A stretch of DNA of 64,000 bases from Callorhinchus milii (taxonomy: Eukaryota): the NCBI RefSeq assembly GCF_018977255.1, contig NW_024704755.1:124001-188000 (forward strand). Reading direction: 5' to 3'. This document shows positions 1 through 14,051 of this stretch, piece by piece (position 1 is the stretch's first letter; each line of letters starts with the position of its first letter). Both the position numbers and the translations under genes were made by a program. The notes under the pieces were generated by a model. That model saw only the letters and a list, made by a program, of their open reading frames with translations, did not search any database and had not been told where the DNA came from.

Positions 1-1790
1 CACACACTGTGACCCCCTCCACACACACACTGACCCCCCCACACACACACACTGACCCCCCTCCCACACACACACTGACCCCCCCACACACACTGACCCC
101 CCCGCCACACACACTGACCCCCTCCCACACACACTGACCCCCCCACACACACACTGACCCCCTCCCCACACACCCTGACCCCCTCACACACCCTAACCCC
201 CTCACACACCCTGACCCCCTCACACACCCTGACCCCCTCACACACACACTGACCCCCCCCCACACACACTAACCCCCTCCCACACACCCTGACCCCCCCA
301 CACACACACACTGACCCCCTCCCACACACACTGACCCCCCCCCACACACACACAGACCCCCCACACACACCCTGACCCCCTCCCACACACACTGACCACC
401 CCACACACACACTGACCCCACCCCACACACACTGACCCCCTCCCACACACACTGACCCCCCCCACACACACTGCCCCCCCCTCCCACACACACACACACA
501 CACTGCCCCCCTCCCACACACACACTGACCCCCCCACACACACACACACATTGACCCCCCCCCACACACACACTGACCCCCGCACACAGTGTCACACGCT
601 GACACTGACCCTCACACACACACACACTGACCCCCACACACACAGTCTCACACGCTGACACTGACCCCCCCCACACACACAGTGTCACACGCTGACAATG
701 ACCTCCTCACACACACACTGACCCCCCCACACACACACACTGACCCCCACACACACACTGAACCCCCCCACACACACACTGACCGCCCCCCACACACACA
801 CTGACCGCCCCCCACACACACACACTGACCCCCCCCACACACACACACTGACCCCCCCTACACACACACTGACCCTCACACACACACACACACTGACCCC
901 CCCCACACACGGTGTCACACGCTGACACGGACCTTCACACACACACACTGACCCCCCCACACACACAGTGTCACACGCTGACACTGACCCCCCCACACAC
1001 TCACTGATCCCCCCCACACACTCACTGACCCCCCCCACACACACACTGACCCCCACACACACCCTGACTCCCCCACACACTCACTGACCCCCACACACAC
1101 ACTGACCCCCCCCACACACTCACTGATCCCCCCCCACACACACACTGACCCCCACACACACCCTGACTCCCCCACACACTCACTGACCCCCCCACACACA
1201 CACTGACCCCCCCACACACTCACTGACCCCCCCACACACACTGACCCCCCCCACACACACACTGATCCCCCCCCACACACACACTGATCCCCCCCCACAC
1301 ACACCCTGACCCCCCACACACACCCTGACCCCCCACACACACCCCGACTCCCCCACACACTCACTGACCCTCCCCCCACACACACACTGACCCTCCCCAC
1401 ACACACACTGACCCCCACACACACCTCGACTCCCCCACACACTCACTGACCCCCCACACACACACTGACCCCCCACACACTCACTGACCCCCCCACACTC
1501 ACTGACCCCCCCACACACACTCACTGATCCCCCCCCACACACTCACTGATCCCCCCCCACACACACCCTGACCCCCCACACACACCCTGACCCCCCACAC
1601 ACACCTCGACTCCCCCACACACTCACTGACCCCCCCCACACACACCCTGACCCCCCACACACACACTCACTGATCCCCCACCCACACACTCACTGACCCT
1701 CCCCCCCATATACACTGACCCTTTGCCCCCCACACACACACAGACCTTCACACACATACACACAGTGACACACACACTGACCCTCATATT
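1..1790. repeat. C/CA-rich minisatellite (CACACACTGACCCCCC-type unit)
   Basis: Visible tandem array of variable-length units. Confidence 0.95.
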
Positions 1791-1916
1791 GACCCGCACA
1801 TACCGGACTTGTGTCTCACAATCACTCTTCACTGAAACACTGAGGAAAACACATTAAAACATTCACAGCCGCAGAATAAAACTGCGCCGCCACTCATTGG
1901 CGCACTCCTCGTTCAC

Positions 1917-2197
1917 CTCAATCTCACTGTCAGAGTTAAAATGAATCCTTTATTATACTGTAAGTTGCTGTAATGTTCTGAGACCCTCTCTCCTGGTGTT
2001 CCCGGAGTGACGCGGTGACCGTCTGCTTTCTGGGGACCATTCGCTGTGCTGATGGGATGACGTGTGGGCAGTCGGGGCTGAGGTCCGGGAGCGGAGCGGA
2101 GCGGAGCCTTCACTTCCCCTTCGAGCCGCTCATTGCAGCGGATAAAGGCGATGGTCTGTGCGGCTCTGGAACTCTCACTCCACCTGTTGGCCACGAG
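1917..2197 (-). other. Candidate exon of an unidentified minus-strand transcript
   Basis: TTACAG acceptor, AG|GTGAAC donor, open frame LVANRWSE...GFILTLTVRL, CpG-rich. No family recognised. Confidence 0.25.
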
Positions 2198-2873
2198 CTG
2201 TAACTACACGCTGAGCAGTGACTCCACACAGAGCGGCGAGTGTGTGTGTGTGTGGAACGAATGTGCGAAGGAAACGACGAGGCAGATTATGTCGGCAAAT
2301 TCAACTGCGAATTAGTTAGCTATTTTATCAAATAAATTAATAGCATGAACGACGAAGTAGTCCAGGATCGTGTTTTTTTCTAAGACCAGTTGGCCAGTTC
2401 CTATATAGATATATATGTGACCCCAGTGAGAAGGCATTTTAGACGGATTCTGACCTCCCTAACATGTCAATGTAAAACGAGTGTGTGGTATGTAGGGTAC
2501 TGTGGGAGGACAGGGTGCGGCAGGTCTGCATTCTGCTGCCCTGTTGCTGGGCTGCACATTTTCCTGGGTCAAGGACTCCAGCTGTCCTACTCTGGTCCCA
2601 GTGGGATGAGTTAACACCAACATGTGCAGACAGCTGAGAGGTTCAACAATGGAGCCGCAGATACCAGAGTTCCGATGATATTTTCATGTATGTATTTGGT
2701 TTCAGCTATGGTTAAAACCGCTCCATGTGGGATGGCTCAAATCTCCATCCTCTTCTCCCAGGCAGCAAGTAACCCGGCACCATTTTACAGAATCCACTGG
2801 CTTCAAGAGAGAGCAGGAACCAGAATACATCAATGCCCCCCCTCCCCCCCACAGACCCCTTTCCAAGACACCG

Positions 2874-2905
<32 letters not shown>

Positions 2906-3529
2906 ATAGACAATCCTCCCCACACACACACACACACAAACCTTCCCGAGACTCTTTCCCCTCAGCACAGGATGTTGTTTGATCAGCCGATGACCACGTG
3001 TGGAAACCCATCACTGCTTAAGAGGATCGAACCAAACAGCATTCCATCGAGTCACGGAAAATGCTGACTAGAAATGGAATACTCACTCTCTCCCAGAGGG
3101 ATGCACCCTCCTTGTTTAATTCTGGAGAGTATTTAGGTGCAGGTTTGGGACCACGGCCAAGTGTGCATTGGGGATAACTGCTGGAGTCCAAACAGTTAAA
3201 ACCACATAGCTTGCCCATCGATATCGCTGTCTGGCAAGGATCCTGCTACTTGTCCAGTTAGGACTACCTTACTGTTAGGGTTAACAGGAGCCCAGTGGCA
3301 AGAGGGGCGATTGACTGGGAAACCTGGGGATGGGGGATTATTGCCTTCTGGAAGCTCCGGCCACGGTTTTAGGGGGAGCTTTTCCTCCTCACTGACTCAC
3401 TGCGTGGAAAAGATTCCAGCTTTTTAATGATTAAAGTTGAATGAAACTTGCACAGAAATATCAGCAAATGTTCAAAAATCTCAATGCATTAAAAAAACTC
3501 ATGAATATACACTCAGGGCTGCAAGACAC

Positions 3530-3780
3530 TGAAATATACACTCAGAGCCTGTTACACTCTGAATATACACCAGACCCCGTTACACTCTGAACATACACCC
3601 AGACCCCGTTACACTCTGAATATACACCCAGACCCTGTTACACTCTGAATATACACCCAGACCCCGTTACACTCTGAATATACACCCAGACCCCGTTACA
3701 CTCTGAATATACACCCAGACCCCGTTACACTCTGAATATACACCCAAACCCCATTACACACTGAGTATATACCTGGGCTG
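3530..3780. repeat. 29-bp minisatellite
   Basis: TACACTCTGAATATACACCCAGACCCCGT tandem units downstream of the CDH15 stop. Confidence 0.9.
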
Positions 3781-4299
3781 AAAGACACTGCATATAAACC
3801 CAGTTGGTGTGAAACATTGAATGTGTGAGTGAATTGTGCACATTCTTCCCAGTACTTTCTGCATAATTTACAACTAATATATTGTGTACATTGTGCATCT
3901 GTACACTCACATCCCCTCTTTCTCTCATTCCTCTCCATCTCCCACATTCCCCCTCTCCCACATTTCTCTTTCCATCTCCCACATTCTCTCCCATATTCCT
4001 CTTTGTCTCCCACATTCCCTTTCTCTCTTCCACATTTCTCTATCCATCTCCCACATTTCTCTCTCTCCCATATTCCTCTTTCTCTGTCTCCCACATTCCC
4101 TCTCTCTCTCTCTCCCCTGCCTATAAACAGCAAACCCCAATATCCATCCCCATAAGCCGACCCTTTAGAGCAGACACAGCCACCCACCCACCCCCCGAGC
4201 AGGCTGACTACAGTCACAAGCAGTGTCCAGGCTTGGGATAGGGTCAGAGTTCAGGATGAGAGTTTGCATTGCTATTGGGAATCAGCCCGGGAGCGGGCA

Positions 4300-7200
4300 T
4301 TAGTGTTCTCCATACATGTCGGCCAGCTTCCTGAAGCGAGGGCCCCAGTCATTCAGGTAATCGTAATCATGCTGGTCCTCGGCGGAGGCGGAGGCGAGGG
4401 AGCTGAGGGTCCCAGCCACAGAGCCCTCACCCTCATAGTCATAGATCAGAGCCATGTCATAGGGAGGGGCGTTGGGGTCATTGTCAGCAGCATCCAATCC
4501 CTGCAGGCAACAGAACACAATGATTCGTGTTTGGGAGGACAGATTTTCTCCATTTGCATAAAAAGGCACAAATTCTAAATTTGCTGATGATGCAAAAATG
4601 ATGTCACTAACGTAGAAGAAAACTTCAGGAGAACTTTAGAGAGATGGCGGATACAATTTAATATATTCCCCCTCTAACCCCTCCCCCATATTCCCCCTCC
4701 CCACATTCCCCCCCGCACACACCAGCAATCCCCACTCTCCCTCCCCACACTTACCCCATTGATGAAATCCTCTATATCGCTGGGATCAGCGGGTGGCCTG
4801 CGGGGGTACACTGCGGGGCTGTGGTTGTAGGGAGCATCCCTGCGGAGAGGGGGCTTCCCTCTAGCGGGAGCTGGGAACACTCTGTCCGGGTCCCGCAGCT
4901 GCTCCAGATTGTAGGCTTCCTGTAAAATCAAACCAAGCCCCAAGACAACACCTTACATACAATGTAACACACACCTTACACATAGCCAGAAGACAGCAGC
5001 TTACACACAGCGTCACATGTCACTTGAGGGAAAAACATGTGAAAAGCAAGAGATGGTACAGGAATGTGGGGGGGTGGTCGCTCGCTCACCGCATGATCCC
5101 CTCCCCTTGACCTCGGTGCCTGACCCCCATCCCCCATGTGGTTGCCGTGGTGACTGACCTGGTCCTCCTCGCCGCCGCCCTGCTCATCGTAGTTTAAGAC
5201 ATTGTCTCTGATGTCACTGTCAGAGTCGCTCAGCAACGCCTTGTGTCCCCGTCGCCCGTTCCAGCACAGGCTGACCATCACCATCACTAAGGGCACAACA
5301 CAGTCACCTCGGCTCAACCCCCACCATCCCGGCTCAACCCCCCAATGGCCAGCCCCAGCCAATATGGCCAGCTCCCCCATATGGCCAGCTGCCCCCTCCA
5401 TATGGCCAGCGCCCCCCACCCCATATGGCCGACCACCCCCTCCCCTTGTAGCTAAACCCCCTCTCTCCCCCTCACCCCGTGGCCAGAACCGCCCCTCAAT
5501 GGCCAGAAATGCCTTCACCATGGCCTGCCCCCACCGCTCTGATACATTGCAATAGTGGCTTACAGAACAGCAGAAAGAAGCTGGTGAGGATGATGATGGC
5601 GGCCCCCAGGCTGACGCCCACATGGGAGCCATGGAAAGCGGCAGCGATGGCTTCACAGCGGCCTCTGTCCCCACAGACACACACCGTCACATTCAGGCTC
5701 TGTTCGAACTCCTGGCATGGCTCCCCCGAGTCACTGACTCTCACCCCCACCTGGTAAAACCCTTCAGGCATAGCACTCAGCATCCCCAGCACGGCGTGTG
5801 TGTCTGGAACCAGAGCAACAGCCTCAGCCACACCTACGCCAGCACTGGGATCAACCTCATCACATCCTCCACTCACCGACAAGCTCCCCCCACTTACCAA
5901 CATTTCCCCCCCCCCCACTCACCGACATGCCCCCTCACCGACATGCCCCCTCACCGACATGCAACCCCCCACTCACCGACATGCAACCCCCCACTCACCG
6001 ACATGCAACCCCCCACTCACCGACATGCAACCCCCCACTCACCGACATGCAACCCCCCACTCACCGACATGCAACCCCCCACTCACCGACATACATCCCC
6101 CCCTCACCGACATCCCCCCCCTCTCACCGACATCACCCCCACCGACATCACCCCCCTCTCACCGACATCCCCCCTCTCACCGACATCCCCCCCTCACCGA
6201 CATCCCCCCCCCTCACCGACATCCCCCCCCCTCACCGACACCCACCCCCCCTCACCGACACCCCCCCACTGACACCCCCCCTCACTGACATCCCCCCCCT
6301 CACTGACATCCCCCCCTCACTGACAATCCCCCCTCACTGACAATCCCCCCTCACTGACACCCCCCCTCACTGACACCCTCCCCACACTGACACCCCCCCC
6401 TCACTGACACCCCCCCCCGCACTGACATCCCCCCCCGCACTGACATCCCCCCCCCGCACTGACACCCCCCCTCACTGACACCCTCCCCCGCACTGACACA
6501 CCCCCGCACTGACACCTCCCCCCCCCCACTGACACCCCCCCCCTCACTGACATCCCCATCACTGATACCCCTCTCAAACTCTCAGTGTAAATCACCCCGA
6601 GATTTGGGGGAATGAATGTCAACAAATTATTTCAATCCATTTCACATCACGTGGCCCCGCCCCACGCAGACCCAGGCCCCGCCCCACGCAGACCCAGGCC
6701 CCGCCCCACGCAGACCCAGGCCCCGCCCCACGCAGACCCAGGCCCCGCCCCACACCCAGGCCCCGCCCCACGCAGACCCAGGCCCCGCCCCACGCAGACC
6801 CAGGCCCCGCCCCACGCAGACCCAGGCCCCGCCCCACGCAGACCCAGGCCCCGCCCCACGCAGTCATCCAACCGTTGAGCGCTGTGATCGTCCAGTTGTG
6901 CAGTGGTTCCGAGTCAGGAAGTAACTGGAAGTGGAAGGGCTCCGCGTGCGGCTCCTGATCCTGATCCGTGGCCCAGATCAGCATTCCAGCGCCCGCGCCA
7001 GTCCCGCGGCACAGGGTTCCCGCTCCGGGGAACAGCAGCGGCGGAAAGTCATTCACTTCGGTGATGTGTATGTTCAGAGTCCCAATCACCGTGTGCGGGG
7101 GGAAGCCTTCGGACACCGGAAAACACTCCCGTTACACCTCACACAGTGACACTCTCACACACAGTGACACTCTCACACACAGTGACACTCTCACACACAC

Positions 7201-7902
7201 AGTGACACTCTCACACACACAGTGACACTCTCACACACACAGTCACACTCACACACACACAGTGACACTCTCACACACACAGTGACACTCTCACACACAC
7301 AGTGACACTCTCACACACAGTGACACTCTCACACACACAGTGACACTCTCACACACACACAGTGACACTCTCACACACACACACAGTGACACTCTCACAC
7401 ACACAGTGACACTCTCACACACACAGTGACACTCTCACACACACAGTGACACTCTCACACACACAGTGACAGCTCTCACACACACAGTGACAGCTCTCAC
7501 ACACACAGTGACACTCACACACACACAGTGACAGCTCTCACACACACACAGTGACAGCTCACTCACACACACAGTGACAGCTCACTCACACACACAGTGA
7601 CAGCTCACTCACACACACAGTGACAGCTCTCACACAAAAAACACAGTGACAGCTCTCACACACACACACAGTGACAGCTCTCACACACACACAGTGACAG
7701 CTCTCACACACACAGTGACAGCTTTCACACACACACACACACAGTGACAGCTCTCACACACACACACAGTGACGGTCTCTCACTCTCACACACACACAGT
7801 GACGGGCTCTCACACACACACACAGTGACAGCTCTCACACACACAGTGACAGCTTTCACACACACACACACAGTGACAGCTCTCACACACACAGTGACAG
7901 CT

Positions 7903-7936
<34 letters not shown>

Positions 7937-10900
7937 GACAGCTCTCACACACACACACAGTGACAGCTCTCACACACACACACACACAGTGACAGCTCTC
8001 ACACACACACACACACACAGTGACAGCTCACACACACACAGTGACCGACACGTTACTGCTCAGACTGAGGTGACGTCCACACGAGGAGTGGCGCTGACAC
8101 ACAATCCGGAACATTCTGCTCTGCACTTAAATAGTGAGCATTCGATAACTCACACCCGATGAATCTGATGTCTGAGACGAAATCGAAATCACTGATACTA
8201 TGTGATCCGAACAGGCGCCAGACAGCGGCACAGCTTACCGTGGTCGACGGCGGCGATGATCGCCGTGTAGCGGTTGTGCCGCAGGTACGGGGAGCTGCGC
8301 AGCACCACCTGCCGCAGAACAACTTCACCTGTCTCAGGATCAACCAGCAACCAGTCAGCCGGGTCATACTGAATACTGTAACTGCAACACAGCAAACAGT
8401 GTTACGTTGGAGACAGCACGTACCGAGATAGTGTACAGAGAGTGTGAGAGAGAGTGTGGGTACACACGGGGAGAGAGAGAGAGCATACACACACGGGGAG
8501 TAAAAAAGTGTCTTGGGAAGTGTGAAGCTGACCTGATGTTGTGCTGTTGTTCTCTGTCAGGGTCAGTCACTGTGTATACAGTCAGGACGGTTCCTGCTGT
8601 TGATCCCTCGGGGACCAGCAGGTTGCGGGGGTCGTCCTGAAAGCGGGGGGGCTCGTTTACGTCTGTGATCGTGATGATGACCCTGGCCGAGGGCTGACTT
8701 GATGGTGAGGCTCCAGCCCACAGTTCTGCCCAGTTCTGCACCGTCACAGTCAGGCTATAGTCGGCCACGGCTTCGTAATCCAGGCTCTGGGACAACGTAA
8801 CCACAGAGAAACTCAATCTTACTCCACAATACCCTCATCTCAGTCATATACACAATAATAATCCTTGCATTTGATATAGCGCTTTTTACGTCTTCTAGAC
8901 ATCTCGAAGTGCCTCACAGAATATACTGTAAAGTGAATTGACTGTATATTTTGTGGGTAAAAACGCTGCAGCCAATTGCGCACAGCAGCGTCCCACAAAC
9001 AGTCGTGGATTGAAGTGACCGATTTATTATTATTTTCTTTTCTTGAGGAATTATTAGAGAGAGTGTACACGGCAAGAGGCAGTGTACACTGGGAGAGGGA
9101 GTGTACCAGGGAGAGGGAGATTATATACAATGACAGGGCAGCTTGTAACACTGAGATTGTTAGTCAGACAGACAGAGAGACACAGTGGTATGTGTGTGTG
9201 TGTAAGGGGATGATATGGGGGTCAGGGACACGGTTCATATTTACCCAAACAATATCATCCTCAAACCCTCTCACCTTCTCCACCAAGACGATACCCTGGT
9301 TGGTGTGGGGGTCGGTGCTGATGCTGAAATGCCCATCCTGGTTGCCGCTGACGATGGTGTAGTTTGCCAGCCAGTTCCTGGTCCCAGCCTCATCCTTGTC
9401 CTCCACACTAACTCTGCCCACCTCCTGTCCCACTGTGTCCTCAGTCACTGCCACAGCAAACTGCACAGCAAAGGGAAACGTACACAGCTCCTTACTGCCA
9501 GGGTTCCACTAGCCGACAGACACACACCGTCTCCCCAGTTTGCAAGAGACACACACACACTTCCTGGTGTGCGAGACATACATAACACACACGTATACAC
9601 ATACACACGCACCTCGCTGGCAGTGAAGTGTGGGGCATTGTCGTTGAGGTCAGTGATGAAGATGATGGCGCTGGCTGTGTTGGCGAGGCCGACCCCAGAG
9701 AGGTCAGCGACCTGCAGCGTCAGGTTATATGTGGAGATGGTCTGCAAACACACAGCAGCAACACTATACAAACAGCAACAGTCACAGCAACTGGGTGCGG
9801 GGGTAGGTCATTAGGGGGAGGTCAATGGTCTGGGGGGAGCCAGGGCGGGGAGTGGTTCAGGTAGACGATCGGTGGGGGGGGGGTTCGGGGGGATGTTGGG
9901 TGGGGCCGGGGGAGCATCCCAGGGGGTGTCGAGGAGGCGCCTCACGGTGGGAGTCGGGGGGGCCTCACGTGGGAAGCGCCTCTCGGGGGCGGGGAGCAGA
10001 CACTGCAGACACTCACCTCTCGGTCTAGCCCCACCCCCACAGTGCGGATTTCCCCAGTGACGGGGTCGATACGGAAGAGGCCTTTGCTATGGCCGAGGAT
10101 GGAGAACTGCAACGCGGCGTTGTCTGTCTGAGGGTCATCAGCGTCAGAGGCAGCGATCTGCATCACCAGAGTTCCTGCAGCCACAGCACAGTCACCAGTC
10201 GCACACACACGCGCACCCCCCCCTCGGCGCGTACCATCCCCCCCCCCCCCCCCGAAGCACCATCCCCACCCCCCACACCGGCACACCTCACGCTGCCCAC
10301 TCACCAGGGGGAGATCCCTCCAGGACATGGCCAATGAAGTGCTGCTGGTCAAAGACGGGCCTGTTATCGTTCTGATCAATGACAATGATCTCCAGGTCGG
10401 TGGGATCCTCAAGGGGATTCCCCGACATATTCACAGCGTAAGCTTTAATCTAAACACAGAGTGAGTCAGGTGTTGGGTCATACACTGGGGCAGACACACA
10501 GCCATCAACAAAAAACATGACATTTACACAAAGCCTTTCACTTTGGGAGGACGTGCCAAGGCACTGGGCGGTCAAGGGTTTTCACCCAAGCTGTGGGCTG
10601 GAGACAAGAGGTGAGGGGTGGTGGAGGTGGAAAGAGGACGAAAGTTGCAGTCGAAGAAGAAGGTATTGAGATGGGCCTTGAAGGAAGCGAGGGAGGGGGC
10701 GAGGCGGAGGAGCTCTGGGATGGAGTTCCAGAGGGTGGGGGCAGAGAGGCTGAAGGAACGACTGATGATGGTGGAGCACGGGTAGGTCCAGGCAGGGAGG
10801 GGCGCGTGGGGTTGGGCCAGGCGGCGGCGGGCAGCATGGAGCAGGCCAGGGGTTGGGGGAGCAGGCCGGCACCTGCCGAGAACTTGATCGAGGGGAAGCC

Positions 10901-13497
10901 AGGCCACGGTCCTACCTTATAACTGGATTTCTCCTCGCGATCCAGCACCGTCATCAGCAGCACCTGCCCCGAGTCAGCGTCAATGGTGAATATCCCTCTG
11001 GGCTCCTCATCTACACCAGGGCCTTTAATACTGTAAATCACCTCCCCGGGGATCAGCTGGTCTGACTTAATCTGCAGAGAAAACAATAACTGTGTGTTGG
11101 CGCCGGGGCAGGGCCACCCAGAGTGAGGTCAGGAACCTGGAGTGGGGGCGAGGAGTTGGAGAGGGTTAGTGGGGAGCAGATTAGTGGGGGGGGGAAGGGG
11201 CGGGATGAACCGGGGGTGACGGCGTGAGCCAGGGGGACGGGGATATAGCCGGTGTGGGCGGGATGAACCAGGGTAGTGAACTGGTGGGGTGGGGGGTTAG
11301 CCGGTGGGGAATAGCGGTGAGTATAGCGGGGTGGGGTTAGCCTGTGTGGGGGGGTGGGTAGTGGTAGGGGTCACACACATTCCTAGCAGACACTGCTTGG
11401 TGAGCTCAGGGCAAGGCTAGGGTAAGTACCTGCACTAAGGGGAGGGGGATCTTGCGGGTGTTCTCGGAGACGCTGATGGGGGGAATGACCCAGGCTCTCT
11501 TCACTCGCTGCAGCCCATCGCCTCTTGCCACCGGCCGCCATGGGTACATGACAGGGACCTGGGCATGCGGGGTGTCCTTCACTGGCACTTGATTACACTG
11601 GGGACCATCGGCAGCACAACCACATGGAGGGAGAACACAAACACAGCTCAGGCTACAGGCATTTCCACACTTTGTACACAGGAGGATTGTTGTGAGTCAA
11701 TGAATGGAATATTCCCAAGAAAGTGTAAATATTGTCCAGCGCGTTTACCCCTCCCCCCACCTCCTGAAGGGTAGCAGCCTCCACCCCCCACTGGCGGCCT
11801 TGATGATGTGTGCACTGTGGGGATATGGTGAGGAGATAGTGAGAAACCCCTCAGAATATCCCCAGCTGTCCCACTGCCCAGTCCTGCAATATACACAGCA
11901 CCTGCCACAATCCTTCCCCCTCCCCCGCTCCTTTTCCCCTCTCCCCACCCCTCCCATTCTCCTCTGCCCCTCCCCCACCCCTCTCCCCCGGTTTGTTGCC
12001 CAGGTAGAATTCTCCTCACGCTGTATGAGGAATGTGTGCAGGAGTGTGTGTGAGCAGTCTGTGTGCAAATGGGCTGCTGTGTTTGCTCAATTGCCAGCAG
12101 TTACCTGTGATGTGATAAGAAGTTTGACTGTTGTGGGCACTCTATGTGAGTGTTACATCAGACGGCAGCCCAGAGTGACAGCACCACATGCAGTGGGCAA
12201 CCTCTCCTTTACACACACTCCACATTCAGGACAAGCAAAGGCTGGGGAAGAGCAGCTGAAATGCTAATTACACGGCATCTGTTACTGAGTGCAATCAGCT
12301 GTTGTATCAACTTTCTCATTTCTACAATCGAGCTTTCCCCGCGTTGTTCCTCCTCCCTTCCTGTTCAATCTGCCCGAGACACAGCCGGGGGCAGGCGGCT
12401 GATCACGGCATCAAATTAAAAGCAGATTTCAGTCCTATTTGATGGATACTAGTTACCAACAGGCTACTGTGGGAGCTGCAGCTTGTCACAGAGATTAGTT
12501 GTTTGTTTAAACAATGTGAATGAAATTTCCCTCAAGTTCAATCAAATTTCTCTTAAACAAGCCCCAACTCAAACCCTCAACCTAACCCTAAATCCAGCCC
12601 CAAACCCAATATATTGCACAAATTAAAATCCCGGTAAACCAGGTCCCCCTGAAAGGAATCCCATTCTCCAATGGGAATTTAAACCCAGCTTTTAACCCTC
12701 AATATGAGAAAAACAACATTGAAGCCGGAGGTATTTCATACACGACTGTAGCCCCTCATGTTCCCAGAACCCCCCCACCAAACCCTAGCCCGTCACAGGG
12801 GGCGCAACGACAGCAGTGATGTAACGGGGGGGGGGGACAACAACAACACATTACATTTTGTGTAGTATCGGTGGAAACAATTCTCCCAGCACCTGGGCAC
12901 ATCGCCACAGAGACATTCTGCACCACTTTAAACTGGTTTCACGGGTATCACTGGGGCTGAGTCGGGTCTCAGCTGTTAAGCCTCACAGTGAGTTCGTGTT
13001 GGGCTGTGAGAGAATGGCTGGGACCAGCGGCTGTTTCAGTTTAACTTACTTTTATCAAAGTGCAGCCAGCACGATCAGGACAGCAACAGCAGAACACAGG
13101 AAGCTGTATCCCAGATTACATCCACAAAGTACAGTCACTACACTTTACAGTATATCCTGTGAAGTGCTTTGAGACATCTCAATAATGTGATAAGGCACTA
13201 TATCAAGGATTATTATTCTCATTATTCTGGAGCTCAGTCTGTGTCACATTCAACCCACAGCTCATGTTTTAGGGAAGTGGAGCTGGGCTGGGTGCACCAG
13301 CAAGAGTGCGACTGGGCACACCTCTAAAGCACACACCCACCCTTGCATACACACACCCTCTCACACACACACCCTCCACCCTCACACACAAACCCTAAAG
13401 CTAACACCCACCCTCACACACACACCCTCACACAAGCTTCACATACCTGTACCAGCATCACCAGGGCGAGCAAAGTGAAGATTTCTGTGTCTCTCAT
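4300..13497 (-). CDS. CDH15: Cadherin-15 (M-cadherin), 14 coding exons, ~785 aa
   Basis: Exons (minus): 13497-13447, 11597-11430, 11071-10916, 10449-10305, 10174-10017, 9741-9613, 9460-9275, 8786-8533, 8381-8239, 7106-6873, 5803-5564, 5286-5159, 4919-4755, 4500-4300. All introns GT-AG with compatible phases; total 2358 nt. Signal peptide [17 protein letters not shown], short prodomain with YPWR and RVKR|[16 protein letters not shown] and DxNDNxP Ca-binding motifs, TM segment, [12 protein letters not shown] p120 site, [14 protein letters not shown] beta-catenin tail. Lies next to ACSF3, as in human. Confidence 0.93.
5870..6570. repeat. C-rich minisatellite (CTCACCGACATGCAACCCCCCA / CTCACTGACACCCC)
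   Basis: Tandem units in CDH15 intron 10. Confidence 0.9.
6652..6863. repeat. 22-bp GC-box minisatellite
   Basis: GGCCCCGCCCCACGCAGACCCA, about 9-10 copies. Confidence 0.92.
7138..8045. repeat. (CA)n-GTGACA minisatellite
   Basis: Tandem units in CDH15 intron 9. Confidence 0.93.
8855..9034 (-). mobile_element. SINE 3' half
   Basis: Core and tail of the same SINE family. Confidence 0.8.
10505..10850 (-). mobile_element. L2 3' end
   Basis: [15 protein letters not shown]...[11 protein letters not shown] plus tail. Confidence 0.8.
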
Positions 13498-13499
13498 AG

Positions 13500-13890
13500 C
13501 ACTGGAGAGGCAGAGAGAGAGCAGGGGCCGGGCTGGAGAGGCAACAAGAAATTAGGGGGCGAGCTGGAGCTGTGCTAGATGAAGACAGCTGCCTGTGGGA
13601 CACCAATTATCTGACAGCTTATTGGTTATCATAGGGTCCGAGAATGCAAGTGACTGACTGCACATGTGCTTAAGGGAGGCAAAGTCTGAAATATCTGTCT
13701 CCTGATATAGAGCAGCAACTGTCTAGAGAGACAGCAAACAGCTGCTGCTGCTCTGGCGACCCCACTCCCCCCCACCCCGCATGGGGCAGGTCACAGGTCA
13801 TGAGACAGGGTTTAGTGGCGAGAATGTGCCCCTCCTGAGCTTGTGGTCGAGAGTATCTGGGAAGTGATCCTCACCCAACAGCTGAAGTTT
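13500..13890 (-). promoter_or_regulatory. CDH15: CDH15 proximal promoter with myogenic-type E-boxes
   Basis: CAGCTG at 13586 and 13739 (ACAGCTGC context) and ~13879, CAACTG at 13716, all just upstream of the ATG. M-cadherin is a known MyoD-family target. Confidence 0.5.
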
Positions 13891-14051
13891 GGCATCTCAC
13901 AGACATTACTGAGCTCCGCAGCAATGAGGAAAGTGAGACAGACTGAAGGCATCTCTCTGACAGCATCCACATCAGTGGCTGAAATGTCTTGAGTGTCAAG
14001 CCCCAGATCCAGGTTTTCATCTTAGTCTCCCCTAATGGAGAACAAGAATAG

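Noticed and set aside
238-1832. Many Cys/Val/Gly-rich ORFs
   Set aside because: Translations of a stop-poor minisatellite, open in all frames; the same applies to ORFs at 5600-6900, 22900-24300 and 61400-62600.
12570-12610. Interstitial telomeric repeat
   Set aside because: Only ~2 degenerate CCCTAA units.
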